This document shows positions 25,632 to 37,800 of a stretch of DNA of 64,000 nt, one piece after another. This DNA comes from Balanoglossus misakiensis (Eukaryota; Animalia; Hemichordata). Positions within the stretch are counted from its first letter, which is position 1; each line of letters starts with the position of its first letter. Below the pieces are notes generated by a model. That model saw only the letters and a program-made list of their open reading frames with translations. It made no database searches and was not told where the DNA came from. The stretch is from assembly GCA_040954595.2 (NCBI GenBank), contig CM082581.2, positions 4,828,699 to 4,892,698 on the forward strand, given 5' to 3'. A program made the translations under genes and the position numbers.

Positions 25632-27489
25632 CGGGAAAAAACTTATCCCCGATTTGGACTACTTTCTACATGAATAATTTGCAGATGATTTCGCGCAATG
25701 CACTATGGTGTATGTTTCCGATGGAACTGTTTCTCAAACCATGTCCGTTTCGATCATGTCAACCATCTCCAATAAAGCGAATATTTACAGCGACTTTAAG
25801 AGTCACGGACCGGTGGATCATCAATTCATTTTGACCGCACTCTAGCTAGATGTCACATCCCATGACACTTACCGAGGCAGCCAATGTGGCTGCTATTAAT
25901 TTAATCGATAAAATGAGAACTTAATATCTAAGACACCCCAGATCCGATCCTTTTGACGGCGCCCACAGAAGTCAGAGGTTTGTCGTTCATCATCATAGCC
26001 GGGGCCGCAGATCTACATGGTACATGTATATAGTGTATGCGCCTGGGCTTAAATATAGCGCTGGAAAGAGGACAGGAATGCATGGGTGTCGCCTATAGGG
26101 ACCCCCAAACAAAGATATCATTAGAACGGTGCACTGCGTGCATCTACAGGGTAATAATCTTGAAGTGCAACGCCGTAATAAATTTCTCTATATCTTTTAG
26201 GGTGTCTCGGGAGTATAGCTGTAGGCGGCAGTGGTATACAAGTATTCACATATTACTCTCATTAGGACTCGCACGAAGAGTTGCAATAACTCCTCTAAGA
26301 CCCCAGGCATTGCGAAGACGCTTCTGAGAAAAACAGAAAATGAGGAATACCGTCTTTTCGAAATGTCTTGGTGGAATGAAAGCGTTTTGAGTTAATCTGG
26401 AGTTACGGCGTACCATGAAATAACGCGAGTAAATGAGACATGCAAAAACTGCCGAAATTCTCACCCCAGGGCAACTTAAACGATAATTGTAATACGGGTT
26501 CTTGGAAGCAAGATCGTCAATCGTAAATGTGCGAGAAAATCCAAAAATAGCTAAACCGATATAAGAGCAAATAGCATGTTTTTCATAACATCAAAGGGAT
26601 ACTTATTTCAAAAAGAAATTACTTCATAAATATTCAGAGAGATTTCAATCAGTGAAGATAATATGAAGAAAAAATGTTTTGCAACCTACGTATGCCCCCT
26701 TTACCAGTGTCTAACTAGCGTCCAGCTATATCACACAGTCGAGTTTAATTATTCATCTTTGGCATTTCAGCCTGTGAGAGATTGCTCGAAACAGACAAGG
26801 GTAGTGCCTATATAAAACGTATTCCTTTAATACTCGCCGCCTCAAATGTTGCGAGAATAAAGATTAGTTTTCCCACAGGGGTAAGACACCTTGTGAGCAA
26901 TGGGCCAATAATAACCGTCCACAGCTTTATCTTGCAAGAAAACAACCCCTTCGGGCACAGCCGCGTCAATGATCGACCGTGCATGGTTTTTAAGAGCACT
27001 CCTAATTATCCGCGACCCAAGGCGCCAGAATGATATGTGACGATGTCAGAAAAGATGTGACCTAACCTGTCAAACACAAATTACACTAGTATGTCGGCAG
27101 ATCTTCTAAACGTCGTAAAATTTTAACTCGCGAGCTAATACAGTAAATCTTGATAAGGTTGAAATCTTTGCATCACCCCTCAATTAATGCTCTCTGCAGA
27201 GATATTCCAATATGTTTTTATTATACCAGTCATTAATAAATACACACTGCAGAGATGTCGCCCGGATTGAAATAGCAGTGCTCGAATGTTTCATCAATAT
27301 TAATATTTAAACACACAGGTCTCGCGGTAGTGTCATTGTGAATTTTAATGCTAGTATAGCAGCTTAATAAAGGATGACTGGAACATACAGTACTGTTGAT
27401 TTTGTGTGAGGTATACATGTACACCTAAATTCAGTTACAGTGAATGTGCTCCGGTATTAAAGGAATGCACTGGTATACGAGGTTGTAGG

Positions 27490-30250
27490 TTTTATTGGGT
27501 GAAGTTAACCCGTTGACTGGTATCTGTTGACCAGTGGCGTTCTAGTGGAAACTGAGGCCGAGGATCTGGACGCCAGATATGCGGAGCCTATAGTATATAT
27601 GTCTTCATGTGTTACGACAGAAGCGTATCTTTGGCATGTCTGCCTTCTGATGCAGTCATTAAACCGCAATCTATATGACGAAACCCACTTTTTAATGTAT
27701 TTGGAGACAGGCTGTCATCACACACCAGTTATGCACTGTTATTGGTATTTTAAACCTATATGAGCAATTGAGTGAGAGAGGCGAATTCAGCAAAACAATA
27801 TTAATGTGTGTATATTTGTTTGTGTTTCCGATGACCGGGAAATACCGTAAACATTTTTGCAGATATTCTTGAATATTCGCATCTCTTCAACCCCATTACT
27901 CGAAACCCCATATTCTGTCTGAGTTATATTTTGGCAAGATTGATTTCCGTCACCTGTTTCAGCATCAGCCTCGTGCGGTCTTGAGCCACCGCGACTCCAC
28001 CGATCGGCAAAATCACCATGATTACCAACGTCTGCGTTTCCGAAATCTACACCGTGACGCTGGGGAACTCGCTGATTGAATTTGCTGTCATCGTGTTCCT
28101 TCCAAATTGATTGGCATTGTAGGGTATTGCACACGAAGGTCGCATTAACCAGCGTCCACAAGAGTATAAAGATTCCTGCCTCTATTAGCATCATAATACC
28201 TGAACGAAAACAAAATCTCACGAAATTAGCTTCCACGTCTCGCAATGACGCGCTTATTCCATTTGACATGAAATCACATTCTCTCGTTTCATGAAACTTG
28301 TCGACTTCTTCAAGCAATTCAACAGTGTACATTTTTAAAGAAATGCGATAACATTATCGATCAACATTTGTCTATTGCGAGTGTTGTCTTAAACATGAGA
28401 ATATGACAGACAGTTGAACTTTAACCCGTCGCTACAATATAAACGACAGCTATGTAGACATTTATAGTAATGCTACATGTTATCAACTATACAATTTGCA
28501 TTGAATTGAAGATGGGATAGAGACAAAAAAGACCATTGCAAGTGCATATCTTAACACATTTAAAGATCAATAAAAATCGTGATGAAAAATTTAAAAAAAA
28601 TCACATTTGAAGAAAATAAGAAAAACAATTGTAAAAGAAAATATAAAAAAGTGTTTCATGATGGTGAAATGAAACAAAGCAACCATTATTTCAAAAGAAA
28701 AATATTTGCGGTTATGAAAAATTACTCTTTTTAGCCGCTTGTCTCTTGTCTTTGACATTTTATTCCCGTTTGCATCTGATATTGCGTCGCAAAAGAAAAA
28801 ACTACTTTATTTGCTGGGTGATGTAATGGGCAAGGCATACAATTTGTTTTCACTTTATCAACATTATCAAAAAATTGCATCATTTGCGCTGAAGCCATTA
28901 TGGGTGCCATTGTCGCCAAGTCATCATTTTCAAGTGAGTTATTGTCATCGCTGTCATAGCAGGTGCCAAGGGTATCGAAGCAGCAGCAACGCCGACGTGA
29001 TTTCTCTAGCAATAGTGTAAATAACTTTGCAATAGCTGTCAAAATATGTATATCCCAAAGCGCATGCGCATTTGACATTGCACGCCTCCGTTATATTATC
29101 TCTCAAAATTCAGAATTACGCATAAGAGGATAGCTAAGGCGTGTTCACAGGGAAATCGGTACCAAAACAAGCTGTTCTAAAGCATCACGTCATCACAGTT
29201 ATCATCATGATAATTATTAAATAATTGAAATCAGTGAAACAATTGATACTCCCAAGCAATGAGACAAGAAAGGGTAAAAGGTCATTATACACAATTTAAA
29301 CGTCTATTTTGATTAAAATCAACTGATTTATTTCTAACACATGAACAGTTTCTTCTTCGATAATTACGGTAACCGTACATCGACGATCTTCCGGGATAAT
29401 GAAAGGTAGGTTTGTTATCTCGGCAATGGGAAGTTTGTGACTGATCAATACCTGTACGTTGTGTAGGAAACACGGCTTGCATACGTAATGCCTTATCCCA
29501 TCAGTTGAATTCACTTGAACGACATAACGTTTGTTTTGATATCCTTCTGGTCAGCCCCTGTCATCAAGATTAAATTTCAACGTTTGATGCTCCATGACAG
29601 GAAATCAATATCTGTCGACGAATGGGAATGGCACGATGTCACCAACCTAGTTTACGGATCTAATTGATCGTCTACACCTTTTGAATAAAACAAGGACATA
29701 GGCTATAGAATTTCTGGTAGTACTTTTATTTCGCTGAATTCTGATTCGTATTTTCGAATTTCTCTAAGGAAGTGAAAAAGGATCATTGCATCGAATACCA
29801 TAGTTACCTATGCAAAACACCCTACACTACTCTGTATAGAACACAATAGAGACAATTTTATACATTATGTCGCGGAGTGCTTGGTGCAAACTGATTTTTC
29901 AATAACCTTTACAGACTTGATATGGGATTTGCGGAACGAAGTTGTACATCGTGCGCCGTACATAAAAACAGAATGATATAGAACTGGTAGACATGCAGAT
30001 GCACATAAAGTCCCTGACACTGACATGTGTTGCGGAGAGGTGTTAATCTTTTACGCTTGCTCAGTCGTCTCAAATCTGAAACATAATACATAATAAGGTA
30101 TGCCAATATATGAGCTGAGACGTTTCAGAAACGTTTCAATAGTCCCCGTGTGAACGCCATATACAAGTACGACATTCGACGAAACAGACTCTCACCTTGC
30201 AAACTGTATATAACAGATGTACATGAACAAACTTGGCATAGTTCTGATCC
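27490..30250 (-). pseudogene. Decayed TNF-receptor/death-receptor-like gene (candidate 2)
   Basis: Signal-like exon (about 29910-30075); RG*PEGY...YVCKPC and RRNCSC (29285-29560); CNVKCACALGYTYFDSYC (about 29030-29085); clean acceptor at 28200 then TM-like IMMLIEAGIFILLWTLVNATFVC; 90-bp GT-AG intron (27756-27845) inside DD-like FKNICKNVYG|LKYQ*QCI...PVSKYIKKW...LMTASEGRH; AATAAA at about 27492. Confidence 0.45.
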
Positions 30251-30488
30251 AGATAGATTATGAGTCCATTAGAAGTTGTCATGATGTATCATTATACTTT
30301 CGATTGATGCACATTTGTGGATACATAATGTATTTGCAAGGGAGGAACAGTAGGCTCTAGGGTATTAGGTTGCATTCATTTTGTTACTGACAATGAGAAA
30401 AATGGGTCACAGAACTTTCCATCAATCATTTTTTCCAATTTAATTAAATGCCCACGTGCATATCGCCAGTGTCTTTTGACACTTTCAG

Positions 30489-33400
30489 CTATCATACGTC
30501 GAACTTAATTTTACACTTCTGCCATCCCGCGGAGCCTAATTATGATGTTATCGTTTAATAAGTGATGTTTGGTCTAGTTGCAATATCGCATTACGATACT
30601 TGTCAGGTGTCCAATTGGTAATATTCGGCGCAGATGGCTGCTTTGGGTACGTTAGGTCGTGGCACCTATCAGATATGTGAGATAAAAGTATAATGATATC
30701 CCGTCCGTCTATAGTGATCAGAACACCGTTCTTTCAAATGGAACATACCACACAAATTCCCATATCATAAAGTCCCCTCATGTGAAGTGCTGGTACATGT
30801 ACTTCAAATCAATATCAAAACACCGACTGTATTATGTGGATAATAAAACGCATATATTTATCAAACGAATACGAACTTAAGATAATTAAATCACACTTTC
30901 CCTTGAGCCGATATTCTTTTTATAAAACATGCAAAGGCAAGTTCGAAGTAATAACTTTTAAATAAGTGTGGATGCCATGTGAATTGATTGCGCCTCTTGG
31001 CGTGCCGCACTCGTCACAAGGGCTCTCTGAGTGTCACAATTACAATGTGATAAACTGCTCTAATGACCCCAATGTCAAGACTACCGTCAGGCATGATTAG
31101 AGACTTATAGTTACATCTCATTTGGAGGCAAATATCCCCACGTCTATCATAAAAACCTCCCTTGAAATTCTCTTAATCGACGAGCGCAGTTTTCTTGCCT
31201 CAGCAGTTTTAATGAGCTGCGTCTTATTGTAAGATCATCTGGAAAATCCCAAGTTGTAGGATATTCTTAAAGTCATATTACAAACTGTATAGCTGAACAT
31301 GTAATGCTCTACAAATACGTTAACTTGTTATGATCGCAATACTTACGTTTCCAGTAACAACAACAATAAATCAGACTGTTTTAACTTACAACGTACACCC
31401 ACATCTACTAGTAAGTTTAGTACAACGACGATTATTTCTGTGAAACTATATTGAATTACTGTACGTTTCAATACGTACGCACCGCAGATATTTAGAGGGT
31501 TAAGGCGTTTGCCTCAAACCAGAAGACATTCACCAAAATTAACTTTTCGGTAGACTTTGCTGTAGTATAGTATGTCTGTCTATATTACGTGACGGGTGTG
31601 GGCACATTCTCATTGAAATGATTGGGGCGTTCTGCCGGATCAATCATATTGTCAAGGGTCGTCTGCTATATTATTCATCAAATCCTTCGCAGCAGTACCA
31701 CCTGATGTAAGGCTTCCTTAAAATCGTGCAAATCGCCTTCGGCGGGCGATTGACCCTGTCAAAGTCTATATCACGTCGTGATCCAGAATTAAAACCGAAC
31801 AGCCGTGGACTAGTTCAAAGCTACGACGAGCGGAAGTACATGGTCTGTTGCGTGGTGCGTTCGCCAGACTATAGCAGTTACTCCAGATTTCAACTTTTCA
31901 ATGTAACATAATATATTCACACCAGCTCCCATCTGCTCACGCCCCCAGAATACAATCACCCCAACTCCTATTACATTGGACAGATAATAACATATTTTGG
32001 GGGGAATACGTCCTTTAATATAAGATAACATTTACGGTTTTTATTCCTTATTTTAAAACCGAATACCCCCCTCCCCCTTGCACTGCACAATGATCGATAG
32101 CAAGCCTGAGTGCGTGTTATCACACTATCGACAAAGGCCGAGAGACGAACCTACGTGTAATTAACGTATTCGTGTTTCGATCGTTAACGTTTTCCTGGCG
32201 TGTTGATGGGAATGAATGTCGAATAGTATAGGTAATCAAACCCAATTGCCTCTGAGATATCTCTTTCAACTGGAAAGATTTTCTAGTGAAAATAGCTTTG
32301 CGTCGGTGCGATTTCAGGTAATTTGCAGCCTCATTCTGTATGGGTGGTCCGTATAAACGATTTCATTTCTGACATTAAAAGCACATATCTCCATAGATAC
32401 GATGCGAATAGAGGGCTACTGAGCAGACAGAAGCGGTGTACTCAATACTGTTCAGTTGCTGAAATCAATTTATGTTTTCCCCTACATAGGAGCCGACCCG
32501 GCGACACTCTGAGTCCTTGCGAAATTTCCCAATCTATCGATGCGGACAGGAAGCCAGCTCTTGCATACGAATCGAAAATCAATGCCACCGTGTCCAGTCC
32601 GTTATATGGGAAATCAACAACCTCTTGTGCCGCTCCTGTATTCCCTTCGTTTAACAATTTCTGACGTCAATGTCACGTGGTTTTACAGCCAGCTGTACTG
32701 TACAGTTGCGGTTCCATAAAACGTCACGTGAACGCCAGAACAAGAACGTTTAGAGCGCGACAGCAATCTTGAAAACAAACTTTCTGATCAACCTTTCAGC
32801 AGCCAGACAACGTCTTGTATACATATTTGTAAGAGTTACTAAGGAGTCACCCGGGATAGTCATATACGAGTTCTCGTTCAACCAGCTTTCAAGATTCGCA
32901 AGCAATTGTGATGGTGTTAGGAGATTTATGGAGGTATAGAGTGTGGCCGACCCAGAAAAGACATTGCGTTCAAAATAGTGTACAAGACTGCCCTTATCTT
33001 CGTCTCGATAAGTCTCATATGTTTATTTCGACTTTCAGATTGTAAGCTGCAGGGAAAAGGTCACCGATATTTGAAGGGCATGAGGTTTGCTTTAATCAAG
33101 TCTATCACTCGGTCATAAGTCCAGTTCAGGTTTTAGTTTCTGGGTGATTAACATACGGCTTATCTGTATGGTTCTACTGATGGTCTTACCTTTTATTTTA
33201 GCATATACCATTGCCGGTTTCTACCATTATTCTGGTCATATTTATTTCGCCATAGAAAACAAAAGAAAACAACGCAATCAAGTGTACATTATTTAAATGT
33301 TTTTTCCTCTGGTGAAGACCATCATGAACTGATCTAGTCCACGACCCCAATATCTTAAAAGACAAAATTCTAACAAATCAATCATACGTGAAATGAAACA

Positions 33401-33830
33401 AGTTCTCGTCTGATGTAAACGCCTAAAAGCGCTCTCAATCGAAACTTTAAATTAGTAGATAATGGGAAAATGACCTAGAAAAGTCATGGATGTGGGGCAA
33501 AGTAAATGTCATGAATCCAGTTTTTTCTCTCTCTGGCCTTACTCAAGTGCAATGCCCTCAAGTAAGCCTTCTCTATTCTGCGCAGGTGCACAGATTTTGA
33601 GGTTTGTGTGACAAACTGAACAAGTGTTGAGTTTCAATTCAAGCGTTTGTTTGCACTTACTTGCTTCATTATACATTTGGGTCACGATGACTATCAATTG
33701 TTTGGGTTTGCTGGCGGTCTCCTCCTCCGCGGACAGCACGCAGCTTTGTTGATTGATCATCTATCGTGTCTTCGAAGAACGAAGCGTGGCCATGCGTGCC
33801 TGTACCCGAGAATGCCATCTGCCCACGTGC
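30489..33830 (+). pseudogene. Decayed TNF-receptor/death-receptor-like gene (candidate 3)
   Basis: Signal-like MFGLVAI (30565); YKTCKG..NKC/MPCE..SQGLSECHNYNVINC (30920-31070); S/T-rich stalk (about 32500-32660); acceptor at 33201 then TM-like AYTIAG/STIILVIFIS plus basic KRKQR; DD-like HLGHDDYQL...ALLIDHLSCLRRTKRGHA (33670-33800). Confidence 0.4.
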
Positions 33831-34365
33831 GTCACAAAACCACATTAGGCCATGGAATATACATCACTGCGATGACTTACACAAAATGCCAAGGAGTTAA
33901 ACCTTGTAGCATCCCACGTGTACACGTTCGACCACCTAATGTTATTGTACGGCTAACACACTCGAATAACGAACGTTGCAGTGCAGGTCAATTATTCAAT
34001 CTTTTTATAACGGTGGCGATGTTCTCGGAACATTTTATCTGGTATAAAGTATGGTTCAACGAAGTTACAGTTTCGAAAATATATATATATATATATATAT
34101 GCACCATTGGTTACGCATCGTAATACTTCGTGAACCGTTTTAGGGGTGAACCATTTGACATCCCGAGGAGGGGTCTGAGGATTTCGAAAATAAATGAGGA
34201 CAATATTTCAATTTAATGGCAATGTGTTTGTTGGATATTTTCTAAGCAATGCATATTGATGTTAATCGATTTGTTGACTCAAACAAGGTGTCCATTTTGT
34301 TGAGCAATGGGTGGATTTTTAAATGAAGTGATTTCTTTGTATTTCGCACATTAATGAGTAGTGAG

Positions 34366-34840
34366 TTATCTCTGTATGCTCATGAATACTATCAACACAT
34401 TCGCCGCCGCACTGATGGCTGCCCAGTGCATGCCGGTAAGTTGAGACGCATTGATAGGGCACATGACGTGTGCATACATTGCAATACCTCCCCCACTGAC
34501 AATTGCGAGTACTCTGCCATACATCGTTGACACCCTCAAGACACCGATGCCCACTGCATGATGATGCCGTACACTAACATATGCTGCGTGTTGACTGGTA
34601 CATGTACGCATGTACACCCTGCCCATTGATGTACCAGCATGCTTTGTGTTCCATAACAAAACACTGACATGCTGTGTGTAGTATATGTACACAGAAACGT
34701 GAACACGAAAACCCAATAATACTGATGAAAACAAGAAGTTGTTTGTACAGACACAATCGAGTCAGCTGCTCAGCTTGCACAAAAAATAACCGAGATAGCT
34801 GATCAGAAGCCACGCAGATGACGATGCCGAAATAAGGTAT
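34366..34840 (-). pseudogene. Possible degraded multi-pass membrane transporter (MFS-like) fragment
   Basis: One frame with an internal stop: AWLLISYLGYFLCKLSS*...FLFSSVLLGF...AVGIGVLRVSTMYGRVLAIVSGGGIAM...WAAISAAANVLIVFM; several hydrophobic Gly-rich helices. Confidence 0.25.
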
Positions 34841-37800
34841 CAGTATACAATTCGTTAAATAACAGAAAAAAAAGATATTAGTTTTCCATTACGTTGCACG
34901 CACACCTAACACTTACGATTTTTTTCAATCATTTCACGACAGAACTTATAGAATGTCTTGCATCGTATCTACGAGCGAAATATGAGACGTTGATGAAAAA
35001 TATGCACTGATAGTAAAATTACAATAGAAGCATAAAAAACATATTGCCCACAATTTTTATATATTTTATGTCCAGTTTTCATTAAATCACAGTATGCATT
35101 CCATTATTCCGCAGACATCTGTGTTGGTAACCACCAATAAAACGTAATACCAGTGATCGAAAATTGATTGTATTCTCCCTGGCACAATTTTTTATACGAC
35201 GTTTCAATGCACACAACGGCGACTCCCACTCCTGTAGATTTATCACGGCCACGTTTTGAACATAATGATATACGACACAATTTAAGCCATAAACTGCAGC
35301 GGTGGAAAAATAACAAAACATAAATTCATGTATAGTTACGCTCGAATATAGGAGAAAGTCACGAAGGGCTGACAACTGACGCTCAATACTATGGGGATAG
35401 ATCATTCAAAGTCATAACACATTAGTCTAGAATACAGACTCGCGTGTCTTTTTTTCGCTTCTCTCTCTCTCTCTCCACAGTGGCACACACAGTCTAGGAT
35501 TTTGGTTTTCATTTTTGAAAGTTTGCTATTTGCATGTCAAAGGACTGTAGGCATGGCAACCCAGGTCACTGATAATGAGCAACAGCCCTGCTAATTAATA
35601 CAGCTAATCAGTAGTAGATCAGGTTGTAATTACGGCGAACCTGACGCAAAGGGGGGGGGGGGGGGCTGTGTCACGTGGTGTATTCTGCAGCGGACCCGGA
35701 TGCAGTGTGATTTTAAAAAAATCCTGGTTGCCGGATTGCTCACACGAGACCACTCCTACTTCAACTAAAAATGAATGTGGTGTACAGCGGGAAGCAGTAA
35801 ATTGTAACCGTTTGGGAGAGCGGGGATTGCTAGAGCAAAAATAGCACTCCCATAAAAAAAGCATAGTACACGAAAGTAGGCTGGTATCCCTCAAGTGCTT
35901 TAAGGATTGGAGGCTGACCTATAACACAGTGAACCAAATGGAAACACGTATTGGTAATGTGAATGATGGCAACACATGCACGCACTGGGAGAAACGTACC
36001 AGTGATGCACAACACCCTTGCCACTCGGACATTCCACGACCGACATGACGTAGTATGCCGCCATTTTACACTATAACTTCACCACGATATACGAACGTAT
36101 TTCAGAGGGTCACATAATTTCGGGTATTTAGAGGAATGTTGCTCCTCGGGCTGAAACACTAGAGCAAATATATTCACTGGATTCTACATCCATAAGTAAT
36201 CAAAGACTTATCTGAGTGTTGATCGACACAAGACGGGCATTGGTGGTCTAGGGCACTGGACGTGCTATCTGAAAGGCAGCCAAACACTCTAACCATTATA
36301 TTTCCAGTCACAAAATCACATTCCATACGCATTTACAAAAACATCAATAGAACAAACCCTTCCAGCTGGCTTCGGACATAAATCTGCCACCTCAGATGAA
36401 AATCAAAGCAGTGTAACATACACTTCCGTCCAAGAACTGACGAAAATAGCGCCATCCATTATTTAACGTATCAAATTTTCTTGACAGCAGCAAACGCACC
36501 GAGTCGCATCACAAAACCGATTGAAATTTCGAACTGCTCCGTTACAAATGGAAGAGCTCCGATCACCGTATCTGATTTGACCCACGTGCGATTTATGGCG
36601 GTTCAAAGAGGGAGGTTGCAATTTCTGCACATTCATAAAATCATATTACACGGTACATTTGGTAGATGAATAGATTTTTCCTGTAATATCATACTGCCAT
36701 AAAATTTGATATACCATATGACAAACAGTCATATATTTCAAGCGCGTTGTCGAAGTAATGGCTTATTTTGATTGCAATGAAAGTTTAATGTTTCGTTTGC
36801 AAAATTTGAGTCAGTCGGTAAGAAGAACATAACGAAACGCTGGAGTAACTTGAGTATTCTTGTCTAAGGTTATTTTACGTCTGTAACTACTTAGCTATAC
36901 ATTACCCCGTGGTAAACGCTGAGTTGTAAGTGTTTTTCTACTGAAATGACTGTTTTTTCGTATTATTTAAAAAACATGACTTTGTGCGTGCGTATTTGTA
37001 TATCTTGTTAGCAAGCAATAACAGTAAATGGAGTCATTGTATGCAAAACGATACTTACACACTGTCAATTTCATCATCACTTGTCAGATTTACAGATCAA
37101 TGATAAAATCAATGTTGTATTCTATCGTGTTAACACACGAAAACCTCTAAATGCAACCACAATCACGCACACAGATAGCCAAGCACTTGACACAGTCTAG
37201 TTGGCACTTATCAAACGCGTATGGTGTTTTCATGGCACACTGGGTTGATAAGAATGCAGACAACTATAGATGCATCAGTGATACTAATTGAGATATTGTC
37301 ACGCCGTGTTCTTTGGCACGGAATAACCGTATACTTGTCGCTAATTGTTCTCCTAATTAGCCACGGACTGTTGCGGTGGACAGGAAACCGAAGGAGTGCA
37401 CTTCCTTTACCGGAAGTAGTTGTTTTATGTATATTCAAGATATTTGCGTCAGAGTCTGACACGTTGCAGAACGACACTTGATGCTGTAGACGCTTCTCGC
37501 GTCTTATCTTAGTGGCGATGCAGATATACTCGCCGTCGGGCTTCTATACGCATGTAGATCGCCATTCAGCTAGTTTGGAAGATATGAAGGCTCGAATTCG
37601 CAGTGCGCGACGGTTGCTCTGATGTATCTAGTTACATGTGAAGGAACGCACGTTGCCCGGCAAAAATGGATCCATATCGAATAATCTTAATTATTGAATA
37701 TCACGTTTTTGCCCTCTCAGAAGATTGCAATTTCAAACGCAAACATCTAGATTGGTTTTCACTTATAAATTTGGTGGAACATTTCATGGTCTGTCCGTGG

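Noticed and set aside
31600-31872. Element end TAGTCTGG (also near 16528 and 9585) suggesting Academ-like non-autonomous DNA elements
   Set aside because: The matching opposite termini and TSDs could not be located, so boundaries and class are unsupported.
32655-32835. Promoter-like cluster (TGACGTCA, CACGTG, CATAAAA, donor gtaaga)
   Set aside because: No downstream intact gene; it lies within the inferred stalk region of TNFR candidate 3, and such short motifs occur by chance.
37400-37560. Ig-like DGEYICIAT motif on the minus strand
   Set aside because: A stop lies just upstream and no other Ig-strand signatures (Cys, Trp) are in register.
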